This document shows, piece after piece, positions 1-16,150 of a stretch of 64,000 bases of DNA (position 1 is its first letter; every line of letters starts with the position of its first letter). The notes beneath the pieces were generated by a model, which was not told the DNA's origin, did not search any database, and saw only the letters and a program-made list of their open reading frames with translations. This DNA comes from the human T2T-CHM13v2.0 reference genome, Homo sapiens. Position numbers and translations under genes: made by a program. The stretch is taken from the NCBI RefSeq assembly GCF_009914755.1, contig NC_060939.1, one strand, 5' to 3'.

Positions 1-1439
1 TGACTAGGCTGTAGAAGCACATCCAATGAGCTGCAGTGGGAGAAAGTTCCTAGGGTAGGGCCTGGCTAGTGCAAGCGCCCAGGATGGATTTGCCTCTCCT
101 TCTCCTGCCTTCAGGTTTTGGTCCAGCCTCGGACCTGGAGCCTTGTAGATTGCAGGGCCAGGCTGGCTTTCCGGATGCAACAGCAGCAGCACAGCCTGCT
201 CTAACTGGTTAGGTCTCCCACAGCCCAAGAATCTGGGAGGCTCCGTGAGTTCTGGAAACATCAGAGAGGCAGCAGCAGGCTTCCGAGGCTGGGGAGACTG
301 GGCATTAGCCCATGACTTACCCTCGTGTCCCCACCTCCAACAGGACAGCAAGACCCTCTACTGCATGTCACTGCCAAGCCCTGCATGTCACCGTTGCCTG
401 GCAGGTCAGGGAGAGATGGACATTCCCGGCTGCGCCATCCCTCCATTTTCTTGCTGTATTACTCATTAATACCCCCCCCCACCCTGATCTCCCCTTAGGC
501 CGTGGACTTTCTACCTTTTTAGGCTCATTAGCAAACCTATTATACAATAACTACATGACTGGGTTTCCATGGCGATTTGTGTGTTCTGTCTCATGGTGCT
601 TTCCAAAGAGCCTATCTTAATCCTCATCAGCCCCACCACGGCTCGTCTCCGCCATATCTCATTACAGCGAAAGCTTCCTTAAGAAAACATTGGTTTTCAT
701 AAAACTCATTTCGCTGGGGCAAAAAAAGCAATCTCAAATCTCAATTTTTTTAAAGACAAATTTGCATTTTGAAAACAAAGGCTTTTTGAGTTCAGATTCA
801 TTAAATTGCCTCTAAGGCAGCATGTAATTGAGAGTAACTTGTTTTAATCATCAGTTTCGTTACCATCAGGAGATATTAAATACTTTTAGCATACATGCTG
901 TTAAGCAGATTAAAGGCACTTAGGATTCATGTTCGTATGGCCACTTCGTGGATGCGTGCAGGCAAACCTTGAAGACTATGTTCAGAGACCTGTACAAAAA
1001 TACATGAGTGATTTCATTCTCTTCAGCTGGGGAGTCTGCAGATGGTCAAGCACTGAGAAATATCAGGTTGGTGGGAACAAATCGTTTTGAGCCAGGCCCA
1101 GTGGGAGACGTGTAGTGTGGACAATCTCTTGATGAATATAGACTTGCACCGTCCTGTGCATTATTTACCCAGCTGCGCCTATTACTATTTCAATAATTTA
1201 ACGCAATTTGTTACAGGGGTAACAACTGATTGCAATCAATAAGCAAGAAGCCTGGAATCCAATCTAAACTGTATGAGGGCCCCAGCAGGTCTTTCAGGCG
1301 CAGAACTTCCCTTTCTTCCTTAACCCTTTCTGCCCCTGGAACGTCTCAAGAGTGGTCTGAAGAAACTTCTGTTGAAAAAATCCTCAGTGTGATAGCATCC
1401 GGCCCCAGAATGCATTTGGCAGGGTCCCTTCCGGTTGCT

Positions 1440-1641
1440 ATTCAAAGTGTGGTCCACAGATTGGCCACGCCAGCATTGGCATCAGCTTCGGTGTCACCAT
1501 CAGTACCAGTATCATCTCGACTTTGCTTGAAATGTAAATTCTCATGCCCCACCCTGGACATGTGGAGGAGGGGCCCAGTGAGCTGTGTTCTTACAAGCCC
1601 TCCAAATGATTCTGATGCATACACATGTTTGAGAGCCGCTG
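1440..1641. mobile_element. MER5A-like hAT-Charlie DNA transposon relic
   Basis: caaagtgtggtcc...gaaatgtaaattctcatgccccaccc...acaagccctccaaatgattctgatgca...tttgagagccgctg resembles the MER5A consensus. Confidence 0.75.
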
Positions 1642-1672
1642 GACAAGGGCAGGACCAAGTGTTAAGATAACA

Positions 1673-2164
<492 letters not shown>

Positions 2165-2767
2165 TCATGGCATGCTCCATCCTGCTGGCTCTGCTCCACG
2201 GCTCCTCCAAACATAGCTCCCACTTTCACACCCTGCAGGGACAGTTCTGTTTTTGCACATATTGCAACTGCCAGAATTGACAGAAGTGACATTTATTATA
2301 AAACATGTATTTTATTTTATCGCATTTCTCAAACAACCAACTGTGACATTTCTTCCAGCCCCCAAACAAACCTAGGGATGGAATGAGTTTGGCAAGTGGC
2401 TTTCAAGAGCAACATTTTATGATTAGTCTCTGTCCTCTTGTGAAAGAGGAATGTTTCTTACTTCAATAATTGAATCAACAGTCAGTGTTTCATCTATCAT
2501 CATTTAGAATTAGGCAATATCTATAAGCACCCTCAACACACACAAAAAGAGCGTTTCAGTGCACTTATATATGTTACTTTTTATATAAAATACACATTAT
2601 ATAGTTACATAAAAATATATTATTTTAAATATATATAAAATCAGCTTTAGAGAGAGATAATTCACATACCATACAATTTGCCCATTGAAAGTGTACAACT
2701 CCGTGATTTTTTTGTATCTCTCCAGAGTTGTGCGACTTTCACTACAATCAATTTTAAAATATCTTCC

Positions 2768-3064
2768 AGCCAGCCATGGTAGGTCACACCTGTCATCCCA
2801 GCACTTTGGGAGGTCAAGGCGGGAAGATCACTTGAGGCCAGGAGTTCGAGATCACCCTGGGCAACATGGCAAGACCCCCATCTCTATAAAAAGTAAAAAA
2901 ATTAGCTGGGCATGGTGGCACATGCCTATAGTCCCAGCTATTCAGGAGGCTAAGGTGGGACAATTGCTTGAACCCAGAGGTCAAACTGCAGTGAGCCAAG
3001 ATTGTGCCATTGCACTGCAGTCTGGGTAACAGAGCAAGACCTGTCTCAAAAATAAAATAAAATA
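2768..3064 (+). mobile_element. AluJ
   Basis: gatcacttgaggccaggagttc, gcaagaccccc, gaggtcaaactgcagtgag (J diagnostics). Confidence 0.93.
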
Positions 3065-3389
3065 GGCTGGGCGTGGTGGCTCTTACCTGTAATCCCAGCA
3101 CTTTGGGAGGCCGAGGCGGGCGATCACCTGAGATTGGGAGTTCGAGACCAGCCTGACCAACATGGAGAAACCCTGTCTCTACTAAAAATACAAAATTAGC
3201 CAGGCGTGGTGGCGCATGCCTGTAATCCCAGCTACTCAGGAGGCTGAGGCAGGAGAATCGCTTGAACCGGGAGGCGAAGGTTGTGGTGAGCCGAGATTAC
3301 ACCATTGCACTCCAGCCTGAGCAGCAAGAGTGAAACTCCGTCTCAAAAATAAATAAATTAATACAAAATAAAATAAGATAAAATAAAAC
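3065..3389 (+). mobile_element. AluSp inserted in the tail of the preceding AluJ
   Basis: cctgaccaacatggagaaaccc is diagnostic of AluSp; starts directly after the A-rich tail. Confidence 0.95.
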
Positions 3390-4243
3390 ATTTTCACAGC
3401 CCCCAAAAGAAACCTAGGCCCTTTAGCCATTACCCTCCAATTTCCCTTTCCGCATAACCCTAGGCAAGCATGAGTTCACTTTCTGTTTCTATGGATTTGC
3501 ATGTCTAGACATTTTATATATTTCATGCAAATGGAATCATGCAACATGTAACCCTTCATGACTGGCGTATATCACCTAGCATAATGTCCAAGGTTCATCT
3601 GTGTTGTAGCATTTACCAGCACTTCATTTTTCCTAAAGGCCAAATTTTAACACATGTGTACATCCGTGCTCCCTCCTCACCGCTATGATACTTCTCAAGT
3701 TGGATTTTAGTTCCCAACTATGCTGTATGTGTGAGCGTGTGTATATGTGAGTATTTTAATACTAGTGGTTATTTATAATTACTTTCGGCATCAGCATCCT
3801 CTCCTTTTCTTCCCTCCCTCTCTTCCTACCCCTTCTTCTCCCCTGGTGCCTACCCCCACCCTTCATGGTGGGAACTAGGTCTTGGGTTGAGTGACTGGTA
3901 AGCAGATTGAATCTTATGGCCAGGCTCTGAGCTACAAACTCAGGCCCTAGCAGATAGTTTTCTTAGACTCGGTGTCCTTGTAATCTCCATGGTGGCCTGG
4001 CCTACAACACAGATTGTAGCACATGTGACAGTGATGAGTGGCTCTCAATTGCCGCCACCACAGATACTTTTCTTTCCTCCTAGAAAGAGATGAGTTTGCC
4101 CATCACCAGAACCACGGAGCCCTACAGCTTTCCTAGGCAGGGATTGAGAAGCAGATAGCACACTGAGAAGACGCACTTCACGAGACATCCACCACATGAT
4201 GCTTACTTGTGGCCGGGTTCTCCAATGTTATGGAACAATTTCC

Positions 4244-4630
<387 letters not shown>

Positions 4631-5014
4631 TCACAGGTGAAGTGCTAAGGGTCTTGGTCACACCATTGAGTCCGACACTCATTTCATCATTTCACAGACA
4701 AAGACCTGGAGCCTTTCATAGGTTCCATGACTTGTCTTGTCTGAGGCCTCGAAGGAGTGTCACCAGGACTGGAGTTGGGCAGGGGGACAGGTTCTACTGA
4801 TGGATGGTTTGTTCACCTCCTAATGCACAGAAAATCTGGACTTTATTGCAGAGGGCGATTCTTTCCCTTCAAAACTCTTTTTTATTTTTACCCTGAAACA
4901 AGCCTGTCTCATGGAAACTCTCTGGGGCCATCCCATTGTTCGTATTCCCTCCTGGGGTGTAAGATAGCCTCATATTTCCACTCTGCAGTCTCTGAGCTTC
5001 TTTCTGGTTCCAGC

Positions 5015-6012
<998 letters not shown>

Positions 6013-7199
6013 TGTCTGGCTCTATTCCTGCCTTGGTCTCCCTGCAGCTTTGTCTGACCACCTGACTCTGGACCTGCTGCTGGCCATGGGATTCCAGGGC
6101 TGTGAGTTGAGGCTGATAGCTGTGCAGTGATGTTTGTGATGAATGCACTCATTTGAAAATATAAATACCATAACACAAGGTATGCGTGTTATGATACCTC
6201 AGGATAAAATGTCACATGGTAGTTTGGAATTTATTGAGAAGGATTCATTCTTCCCCTTACTCCCTGTCTCATTTTCAGCTGGAAGCTGAGTTGTCTTCTG
6301 AGCTGGGGCCTCTGGGGCTGGAGGGCCACCTCCTGCTGGTTTTACCAGAGGTCAAGCTGAGGATCTTGAACCCAGTGTCCTGTAGATTACTTCCAGGTGA
6401 GATGACCCTCAGGGAATGAAAAAGGCCTTCACAGTGAGGAGCCACTAACATTTCTGCATCTGAGAAGAAGATCAAGCATTAAACCATAAAATGCTCCTGG
6501 CTAATGAAATAGAAAGTAAAAGGCCACTCTTCTCAAAAGCAGTATGGTGTCTTTGAAGGTTAAATGGCCTGTGATAGCAGCAGTCCTTACACTCATAAAT
6601 ACCAAGCGGGACTCCTAGGCGACTAGTGAAAATGCATGGGGCCAGAGGGAGTTTTCTGGGGGCACTCTTAGTTGCCGTGGGTAGGGAGGGAGCTTGCACC
6701 ATCTTCTCTTCCCCCTTAAAGGGTGAGTTCCCTGCTGCAAACTTTTGAGGCATCTTCCTTTAGCCCAGAAATCTGAACTGCCACATGGGTTCTTGTCCAC
6801 AGGGGTCTATGACCCAAGACCAGCTGCATTCTGAGGTCAATTTGGGGGTCATCCCAGGAATAAGGGAAACGTTATTGATGGGGCAGAAACTCTCCTGATC
6901 TTTAGTCTGCAGGGATTTTCTGAATGCTGATTAGATGCTGGGGATTCAGCTGGGGGGAAATCATGGCGTGCACGTTTTTAAGTGAACCAGAGCTGAGAAA
7001 CTGTCAGGCATATGCTGAGTGCAATGTTAGAGGAATGGTCAAGTTACAGGGGACGTAGAATACAATGATGCAACGGTCAACACTGAGGGAAGGGAAAGGT
7101 GTCAGGGAGGGTGGCCCTTCTGGGGAGCAGACAGCCTGAAGGAGCGCCAGGAGGCAGCAGAAATGTCTTGGTAACTGCAGGCAGCAGCACAGGATTCGG

Positions 7200-8030
<831 letters not shown>

Positions 8031-8868
8031 TGGACACCAGGCCTAATCTAGTCAACAGAGTTTGCATGTAGAATTTCTCCCATCCAGTGCCCTGCTGACA
8101 TTGAGAGCTAAATCCTTTGAAACCAGGTGAGAAACTCTGTTTCACTTTGAGAGCCAACCCTTGGATTTGTGTGAAGATCTTGAGCATCTTATAAGCAGGG
8201 CCACCGTTTTTTTTTGGCAGAGGGAAGGAAATTCAAACTCTGTCTTTGATATTAGAGTTGGTATTTGTGAGGTGAATGGATACCTAAGCTAGGAGATCAT
8301 GGTGACTACATGCTGGGCTATTGGGACCCAGATTATTTGAAAGAAAGAAATATATTAGGAGGGAAAAGTGTATTTATGTGAAAATCTGCTCCATGCACCA
8401 AATAGTCAAGCTCTTTCCTTCCCATGGCTGGAACTGTACTTGTTCTGTCTGGAGCAGGACAAGTTGTCAAATACACAGAAAGAGGCATTGATGAACTATC
8501 AATATCCTAAACCAAGGAGCCAGCAGCTTGTCAACAATCAATCACTTTTCTCACCAGTTTAAATGCCCCCATCAGCTCAGACTCTGATGCTTTTACTCTG
8601 TAGTGATAGGTGTAGCTTACAGGCAGGCCCGTGCGTTAGGCACTGAAAAGAAACATGTTGAAAGGAGACTGGTATTTGCTATTGAATGGATTGTTTCAGT
8701 TTTCTTTAAGTCATCAAAGGCAAATTATACTGAAGTAAGAGCTAGAAGAGGTGGCATTGTTGATTGCAAGAGAAGCCTGGAGAGAGGAAGGCCTCATCTA
8801 CCTGTGACAATAGCCCATGGAGAATTAAAGGGCAGAGGAGATGCTGGATGTTGCAACAGGCCTAGGTC

Positions 8869-9042
8869 CAGGTGGCTTCGTGTTGCATTGTAATTCTGGG
8901 TGATTCCCCCATTCACAATAGGGCCCTAGTGTCTTGAAGAGAGTGGACCGCAGGAAGCATGTGGGGCCTGTAGGACCTAGCTAAGTTATTGGCGTGCAGT
9001 GTAGGACACTGGTTTTAGAGGGGATCTGGGACAGCAGGAAGG
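8869..9042 (+). repeat. Local direct duplication, copy 1
   Basis: Aligns by eye over its length to 9684-9859 (shared blocks caggtggcttcg, ttgtaattctggg, cagtgtaggacact, tctgggacagcaggaagg). Confidence 0.85.
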
Positions 9043-9149
9043 ATGCTGGGGACATCAAGCTGCCTGCGTAAGAATGGGCAGTTGTCCAACATATATTCTA
9101 AGGGGCAAAGCAGGGTCAGGGACAGTTCAGCTGCTAGAGGATTATATTT

Positions 9150-9610
9150 GACCCCACCTCAAACTGGTTCAAGCAAAGTAATGTTGTCTCATATTACTGA
9201 GAGGCGCAGGGGTGGGCCAGCATCAGCCACGATTGGATACGGATGCTCAAATGCACCAGAACATATCTCTATCTCTTTCCTCTCTCCTCTGTGTGGCCCT
9301 ATGTTTGGACGGGCTTTCCCCACACAATGGTCCAGTGGCTACCAGCAGTGGAGGCTTGTTTTATGTAGCTTAGTAACATTAATTGAAAGAAAGTTCTGGC
9401 AAAGATCCCAGGATTGAATCTCATTTGTGTGGGTTGGACCATTTGTCCATCAGTGATCCAATCATGGTGTCCACAGGGATGAATGCTGTGGTGGGTCTGG
9501 TTCCAGATGGGTGTCTACCTACTGAGATGGGGAGAGATGGAGTCAGCCCCAACCAAATGACAAGGAATGGGAATGAGACCGAGAGGGGGTATTCTCTCAA
9601 GGAATGTCAG
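9150..9610 (-). mobile_element. Old MaLR LTR (MLT1J/K/L-like)
   Basis: ctcaaactggttcaagcaaa...cccaggattgaatctcatt...ccaatcatggtgtccacagggatg...ggagtcagcccc. Confidence 0.65.
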
Positions 9611-9683
9611 GGTTTTGAATGAGTCAAAGCTGTAAAAGTAAAATAAGGAGAATCTTGCAATAAGGTGGGGAAGGGCTTGGCAG

Positions 9684-9859
9684 CAGGTGGCTTCGAACTG
9701 CCTTGTAATTCTGGGAGATCTCTGTGTCCACAATAGAATCCTTGTGTCATGAAGAGAGAGAGGTCTGCTAGAAGCACGTGGGGCCTCAGGGACTCAGTGA
9801 AGTTACTGGAGTTCAGTGTAGGACACTAGTTTTATAGGGGGTCTGGGACAGCAGGAAGG
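9684..9859 (+). repeat. Local direct duplication, copy 2
   Basis: See copy 1 at 8869-9042. Confidence 0.85.
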
Positions 9860-10619
9860 GTACTTGCACATTTGCAGAGGATGGCGGGGTGGGGGTGTCA
9901 AGGCCCAAGCCCAGTGCCAGAGCTGAGGGCAGTGGATTGTAGACCATGTGCCACAGAGCCATGATGCCTGGCGGAGATGTCTCAGGGTCGGGTGGCCATG
10001 GAGCCGGGGGATCTGGGCGACTCCACTCAGCTTCAGCCACAGCCACATCTTGTATCTATTTTGCACAATAGGTTTCCATTTGACGAAAGGACTTAGTTGT
10101 CCTAAAAGCCTCAAAAAAAATCCACTGGACAAGGGTGGTGGAACTCCACATCTCTTAAGCCAGACCTGGGCCTGCCCAAGTAGGCAGCATGATTCACTTC
10201 CAAAGGTGAATGATGGCACCTATTACTGTTGTCAGAATGAGCTCAGGCCAGCATAGGTGACCTTCTGAGAAAGAGGAGGGTCAGGAGACAGGCAGGGCCG
10301 GCAGGGATGTCAGGAACATTCCTAGAGGCGGGGAGGACTGATGAGTGGGCTGCATGCATGGGTTGGCATCCCCTGTGCTACAGGGACAAATATTGGCAAG
10401 CAGACTCCCATAGGTGACCTCTGCCAGTTGCAGGGAATCTGAAAAAACTGTGAATTCATGCCAAAAAGATGGGGGAGGTTGGGAATTGCCTCCCCCCCAT
10501 CCTCGTCGCAGAGAGGACACTTGTCCAATTGCTGGTTGACTGTTATCATTGTCGTCTTGCTATCTTTTCTTTATTTGTACTTATTCTAAAAAAATTGGAG
10601 GTGTCTATGAGAAAAGATC

Positions 10620-11115
10620 CATCCATTTATACGTCTATGCATCAACCCCGCTACCCTTCCACTTAAGATGTATCTACCACGAGGCACTGTACTAGGTCTT
10701 GGGCCTGTAAAGATGACGCAGTCCTGGCCCCAAAGTCCAGGCCCTTCACAACTCAGATGGGGAGATTGATGTGTTAACAAACAGTTGCCATGTAGTGAGA
10801 TAAAGATAACGATAGAGAAGTAAAGGTCGTCCTGTGAGTCCCCAGGAGAACTTCTCTTACAACTTGAGCATTTGCAAAGAATTGGGGCTCAAAGGAATGG
10901 GCGAAGGGAAGGGCCTCCTAGACTTTAGGGAACAGCAGAGCAAAGTTACTGAGACACGAGGTACACTCTAATAAGAGAGGGTGATTTCCTTGTGTCTGGG
11001 ACCTAAAGAGCTGTGAAGGGAAGAGACTGAGGCCAGTGAATGAATTGCTTGCAAGGTTGACCTTTATTTCTTGGTGGGGAGCTGCTGAAGGTTTTGAAGC
11101 CAAGAAGTGGAATTG
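10620..11115 (-). mobile_element. L2 3' region
   Basis: ggcactgtactaggtcttggg...gggaacagcagagcaaag...gaaggttttgaagc, antisense L2 pattern. Confidence 0.6.
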
Positions 11116-11669
11116 GAATCTGCCCCAGGCTTACTTTTATGCCTACGTTGATGTAAGTTCTGGCATTCTTGAGCTTGCCGTTGATCAATGATTGTGTGTT
11201 TGTGGAAATCATCCTCTTATCTAATCAGGATGATAACGCCCACATTGTGAACATGACATGTCATTGAGATTTGGAGCTGATGCAAAAATAGTCACTTTAA
11301 GTGTAGGAGGTATTTGTATGTCATTTGGAGTAAAAATCTCTTATGTGTTTCACACATCGAATTGTTAATCAACTGAAGCATAAATGTGTATTTATTTGTT
11401 GTGAGACAAATTGTTGCAACAGTTAATGATTGTGGATGCCACTCTTCTTATGTACAAAACTGTCATTAAGAATGTTCAAATAGTTAAATAAGTAGGAAAA
11501 CAGATCAACAGTCAATTCAAATATTTAGATCGTCTAGAGTAACTTTACAAAGAACGTATTATTTTTGCAACTACGAACATTGGTAAAAGTTTAAATAATA
11601 AAAGGCAAAATAGTAGAAAATAATTTATATCATAATTCTAATTTTCCTGGAAGTGTTTTGTATATTGGC

Positions 11670-12139
11670 GTATTATTAGTCAACAATTGCTACAACAATG
11701 CTGTAAAGTGAACCATACCAGCGTCTTAGTGGTTTACAACAACCCTCACTTCCTGTTTTTGTTCACAGGTCTGCAAGACAGCTTTGATTCAGCTGATTTC
11801 AGCCAGGCTCACCCCGACTTTGCAGGGCGCTGCGAACCCCAGCCTTCAGGTCGGGTTCAGGTATGCTCTATATGTCTCCATCGTTCTGGGACCAGTGGGT
11901 ATGCAGCGCAAGTTCTTTTCATGGCAAGTGGCAGACGCCTCTAGGCCAAGCCAAATCACTCCAGTACATTTAAATTTCTGATCATGTTATGTCTGCTAAC
12001 AGGCAATTGGCTAATGTAGCTCACATGGTCCAGCTCAGTCAACTGGGGTGAGGAAGAGGGCAATCTAGAGAGGGGGTCTGCAGAGTCATAAGGCAAAGGG
12101 AGGGGATGGGAAGAAGGCACTGTAACCCAGCCTACCACA
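11670..12139 (-). mobile_element. MaLR LTR (MLT1G/H-like)
   Basis: tattagtc...cttagtggtttacaacaac...ttcatggcaagtggcaga...gtctgctaac...cctaccaca terminus. Confidence 0.75.
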
Positions 12140-12318
12140 GCCACAGAGGAGGAGTTACATCTTTTCTGCGGACAGTTACTATTAAAGACAGAAGGAGACT
12201 AAATCACTCCATGTCAGTTTCACCATTGGCAGCACCCCATCCTGGTAAAATTAGACAAAAACGAACCTGCCTTCCTACTAGCTTTAGTGTGTGTATATTA
12301 ATAATTCTTTACCTATAA

Positions 12319-12651
<333 letters not shown>

Positions 12652-14390
12652 TATTACATTTTTAATAATGAAAAAGTAATTATAATTAATTTTTAGTGGC
12701 TTTGAGATTTATTTTTGGATCCCAGAAGTTCCTTCTCCATGGCAATATTTGGTTTGGATCTTTTTTGCAGTTTAATATTGATTTTTTTTTTTAACTCTTG
12801 GCCATTCAGCATATGGCTCAATGAATTTTGGTGCACCTCTTGTATTTATCTCTCTACATTAGACATATTTGGATCATATCCATATATTATATCCATTTGT
12901 CCTGCAATTTGTCTTTTCATGTAATGAGTTCTTTCCAACCAGCATATATAGACCTACTTCATTATAGTTAATGTCTACACATTGTTCCGTTGATTTAAGA
13001 TTCCTCCACAGTGGAACTTACTAACACATCCCTCATGGATGCATGTCTAGGTTCCCAATCGTGCCTATCCCAGCGCTGCAGTTACGGCCAGTCTCACTGT
13101 CACTCACCAGAGTCGGGTGTCTGCCTATATATCCTGCAATGGAGCCAATAGCCTCCTGAGGCCTGCGTGGGATGTCCCTTCTGCTCCCATCCTCCTCATG
13201 CCACTTGTTCTTTCAGGAACATTTCATGCTACTGATCTCTTCCTCCTTTGGCTTTTTCGTGCTCCCTCTCTCCAGTTGTTCTGCTCAATGCCCTGTGGCA
13301 CGCCTTGCCTTCTTTTAAAGGTGTGCTCAGGGATTCGCCTCATTTTTCACTGCTCATTCCTGTCTGGGCTTTCCCTGGAAGATCCCCTGCCACCCATCCC
13401 CTGCTGCCTCCAGGATTGTCTCCCAGCCCGGGCCTCTGGCATAGAAGCCATCTACCTCCTGGTTGCATCACCTGGAGGAAACGCAGGCCCCTCACTCAGC
13501 TCTCGCTCCAGATGCCATCCTCCTCTGTGCTTGCTGCCTTGGTCATTGGTGCCATCATAGCTGTCCCCACTCCCACATTCGAGTGACGCTTTTAGGTGTG
13601 TTCATTCCACCTCTGAGCCTCTCACACTCGCCCCCTCCTCTAATCTCTACAGTGCCCTACTCAGCGTTTGCTAGTGGTGGCCCCGTCCACCTTGTGTGCG
13701 TAGTACATCCCAGCCATCCCTTGGCAGCCAGGACCATCGGCACACTAGCAAGTCCACGGGGTCAGGTGTGCGTCTCTGGGCCTACCTCTGATCCTTCCAT
13801 CCTGCCCGCACCTCTGAAACTCTCTCCATTTGAACCACCTGTATTGGATTGTTTCCTGCTGGGGTGTTGATGGGTGGGATTTGTTCGTTCACGACTTTTC
13901 AGCCCCATCTGTCTTCTGTCTGCTCGTCCCAGGCACCTGGGGAATCACTCCTACCTAATGGAGAGGGAAGGGAGTCCATGATTATGAATGATGTGACAAA
14001 ACATGAAAGGAGAAAGGGATTGCTTCTCCCTCTGATCCCAAGGAAGGCTGCCTGGAGGAGGAAGCACTGGGGCTGTACGGGGAGCAGAGTTTGATGAGTG
14101 AAGAAGGGGTGGAGTAGGATAAAAACCACAGCAAAGAGCTCTCAAAGCGCGTCTGTCTTTCCCCAGGCCATAGTCCATGATGTCACCACCATGTGGTCAC
14201 TGGGCTAGAAGCCTTGGCACCATCATTGACTCTTGCTTTTCCCTCCCCGCCATGCCTGGCCTGTCACTGAGGCCAGTGGTGTCTCCTTCTCATGTGCTCC
14301 TTGCCTCCCTGTCCCCTCTTGTCTATCTCTTCTGCCACATCTGCACAGTAGCCAGGGTGTCCTGTTTGGCCAGAAGAAATGCAAATAGAT

Positions 14391-14845
<455 letters not shown>

Positions 14846-15744
14846 TTGTTCCCTCTATGTTGAAGGCTCCTCAGGATTTTGAAGAGGGAAGGATGAGGAG
14901 CCATGGTCATGTGCGCTTCTTCCCATCTCTGGAACTGGTCTTGGGCAAGTTCCTAGGGTTGATGGATTGCAGCAAGTCCTGAAACTCAGCTGCTTAGAGA
15001 CAGAGCTTGTGTGCTGAATTTAATGAGCAAGCTCTCTCCAGCCAGCTGGAGACGAAACCTTTCAGGAGATCTGGAAGGTCCGTGAAGGGAGGTTTTATTT
15101 CCCTGGGCAACTCTAGGTGCATTTTTACTCAGTGGGCCCCAGAGGAGAGACTCGAGCAAAATATTTTTTTTTTTGTCCCAACTGCTTGTGAAATGGAGAA
15201 TATTTTTAGCAGATTTGAAAGCTTTGGAGACAGATCCCATTACTCAGTGCCCTGCTCAGAGCAAGCACTCAATAAACCTTTGTTGAACGTGGCTGAATGT
15301 TCCTCATTGGTACAAAGATCCTCCAGTGAATGTGTGCATTAGAGGAGTGGATGAAGATGTCAGCCGGCCTGACCGTAAAAAGGCATCTTTACAGCTCCAT
15401 AAAAAGGAACATGGACAATAGCTAGAATGTCATCCATGAGCACAATAAATATTTCCCCGAAGTTCTTTGCCCATCAGGAAACCACATCACACACACTTTT
15501 AAAACCAGTGGACTTTAAGTAAAATGCCAGCTATTTATTGGAACTGATCGGTTTTACAATTAACCAAAGTGCACAACAATCATGTCCACCTTGATTGATG
15601 TATGGGGCTTTAGTGAATGACAGAAAGGAGAGAGAGATCGAGGTTTTAAGCAGTGCCCAAACGCAGTCACTTTGGCTTCACAATACTGTCCGTTGCATGC
15701 ATTTTAAAAAGGGAACACCTCTAGGATGCTGTGGTTCCTTTCTT

Positions 15745-16150
15745 CAGTCATTCAGCCAGCACTGGCTGAGCACCTGCTTGTGCTGGGCACAGTGCTGGAG
15801 ACTCAGAGTTGAGAAGACAGAAGTCCCACCCCCAAGATGCACACAGCCTAGTGGCAGGTGGGCAGTGGTGATGGAGTGTCCGGCGTGCTGTGAGGGAGGC
15901 ATGCCCAGGCCATCACGAGAGGACACAGCGAGCAGCAAGACGTGACTTGGGTGGGCAGGGAAGAGTTCGGGAAAACTAGGGGATTCTAGAAGGATGATTC
16001 AAAGAACAGGAAGGGAGACGGGCCTCTGGGCCCAAGCAAAGACACAGGGTTATTGGAGGACTGGGGTTGCAGGTGGCTGGAGGAATGATGGGGAGGCTGG
16101 GGCAGCAGCTGGGGTGGGCGGGGTTTCTCATGCCTGTCAAGGAGTCAGCA
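15745..16150 (-). mobile_element. L2 3' end
   Basis: cattcagccagcactggctgagcacctgcttgtgctgggcacagtgctgg. Confidence 0.6.

Larger units (their letters stand above)
2640..3645 (-). mobile_element. L1M (L1MB-like) 3' end, interrupted by two tandem Alus
   Basis: gagataattcacataccatacaatttgcccattgaaagtgtacaa, resuming after the Alus as ...atggaatcatgcaacatgt...ggttcatctgtgttgtagca; degenerate TSD aaaatatcttc/aaaacattttc around the Alu pair. Confidence 0.8.

Noticed and set aside
361-390. CTGCATGTCA twice, 10 bp apart (p53 half-site or RBFOX TGCATG-like)
   Set aside because: Three mismatches per p53 half-site, and no supported exon nearby to give the RBFOX motifs a context
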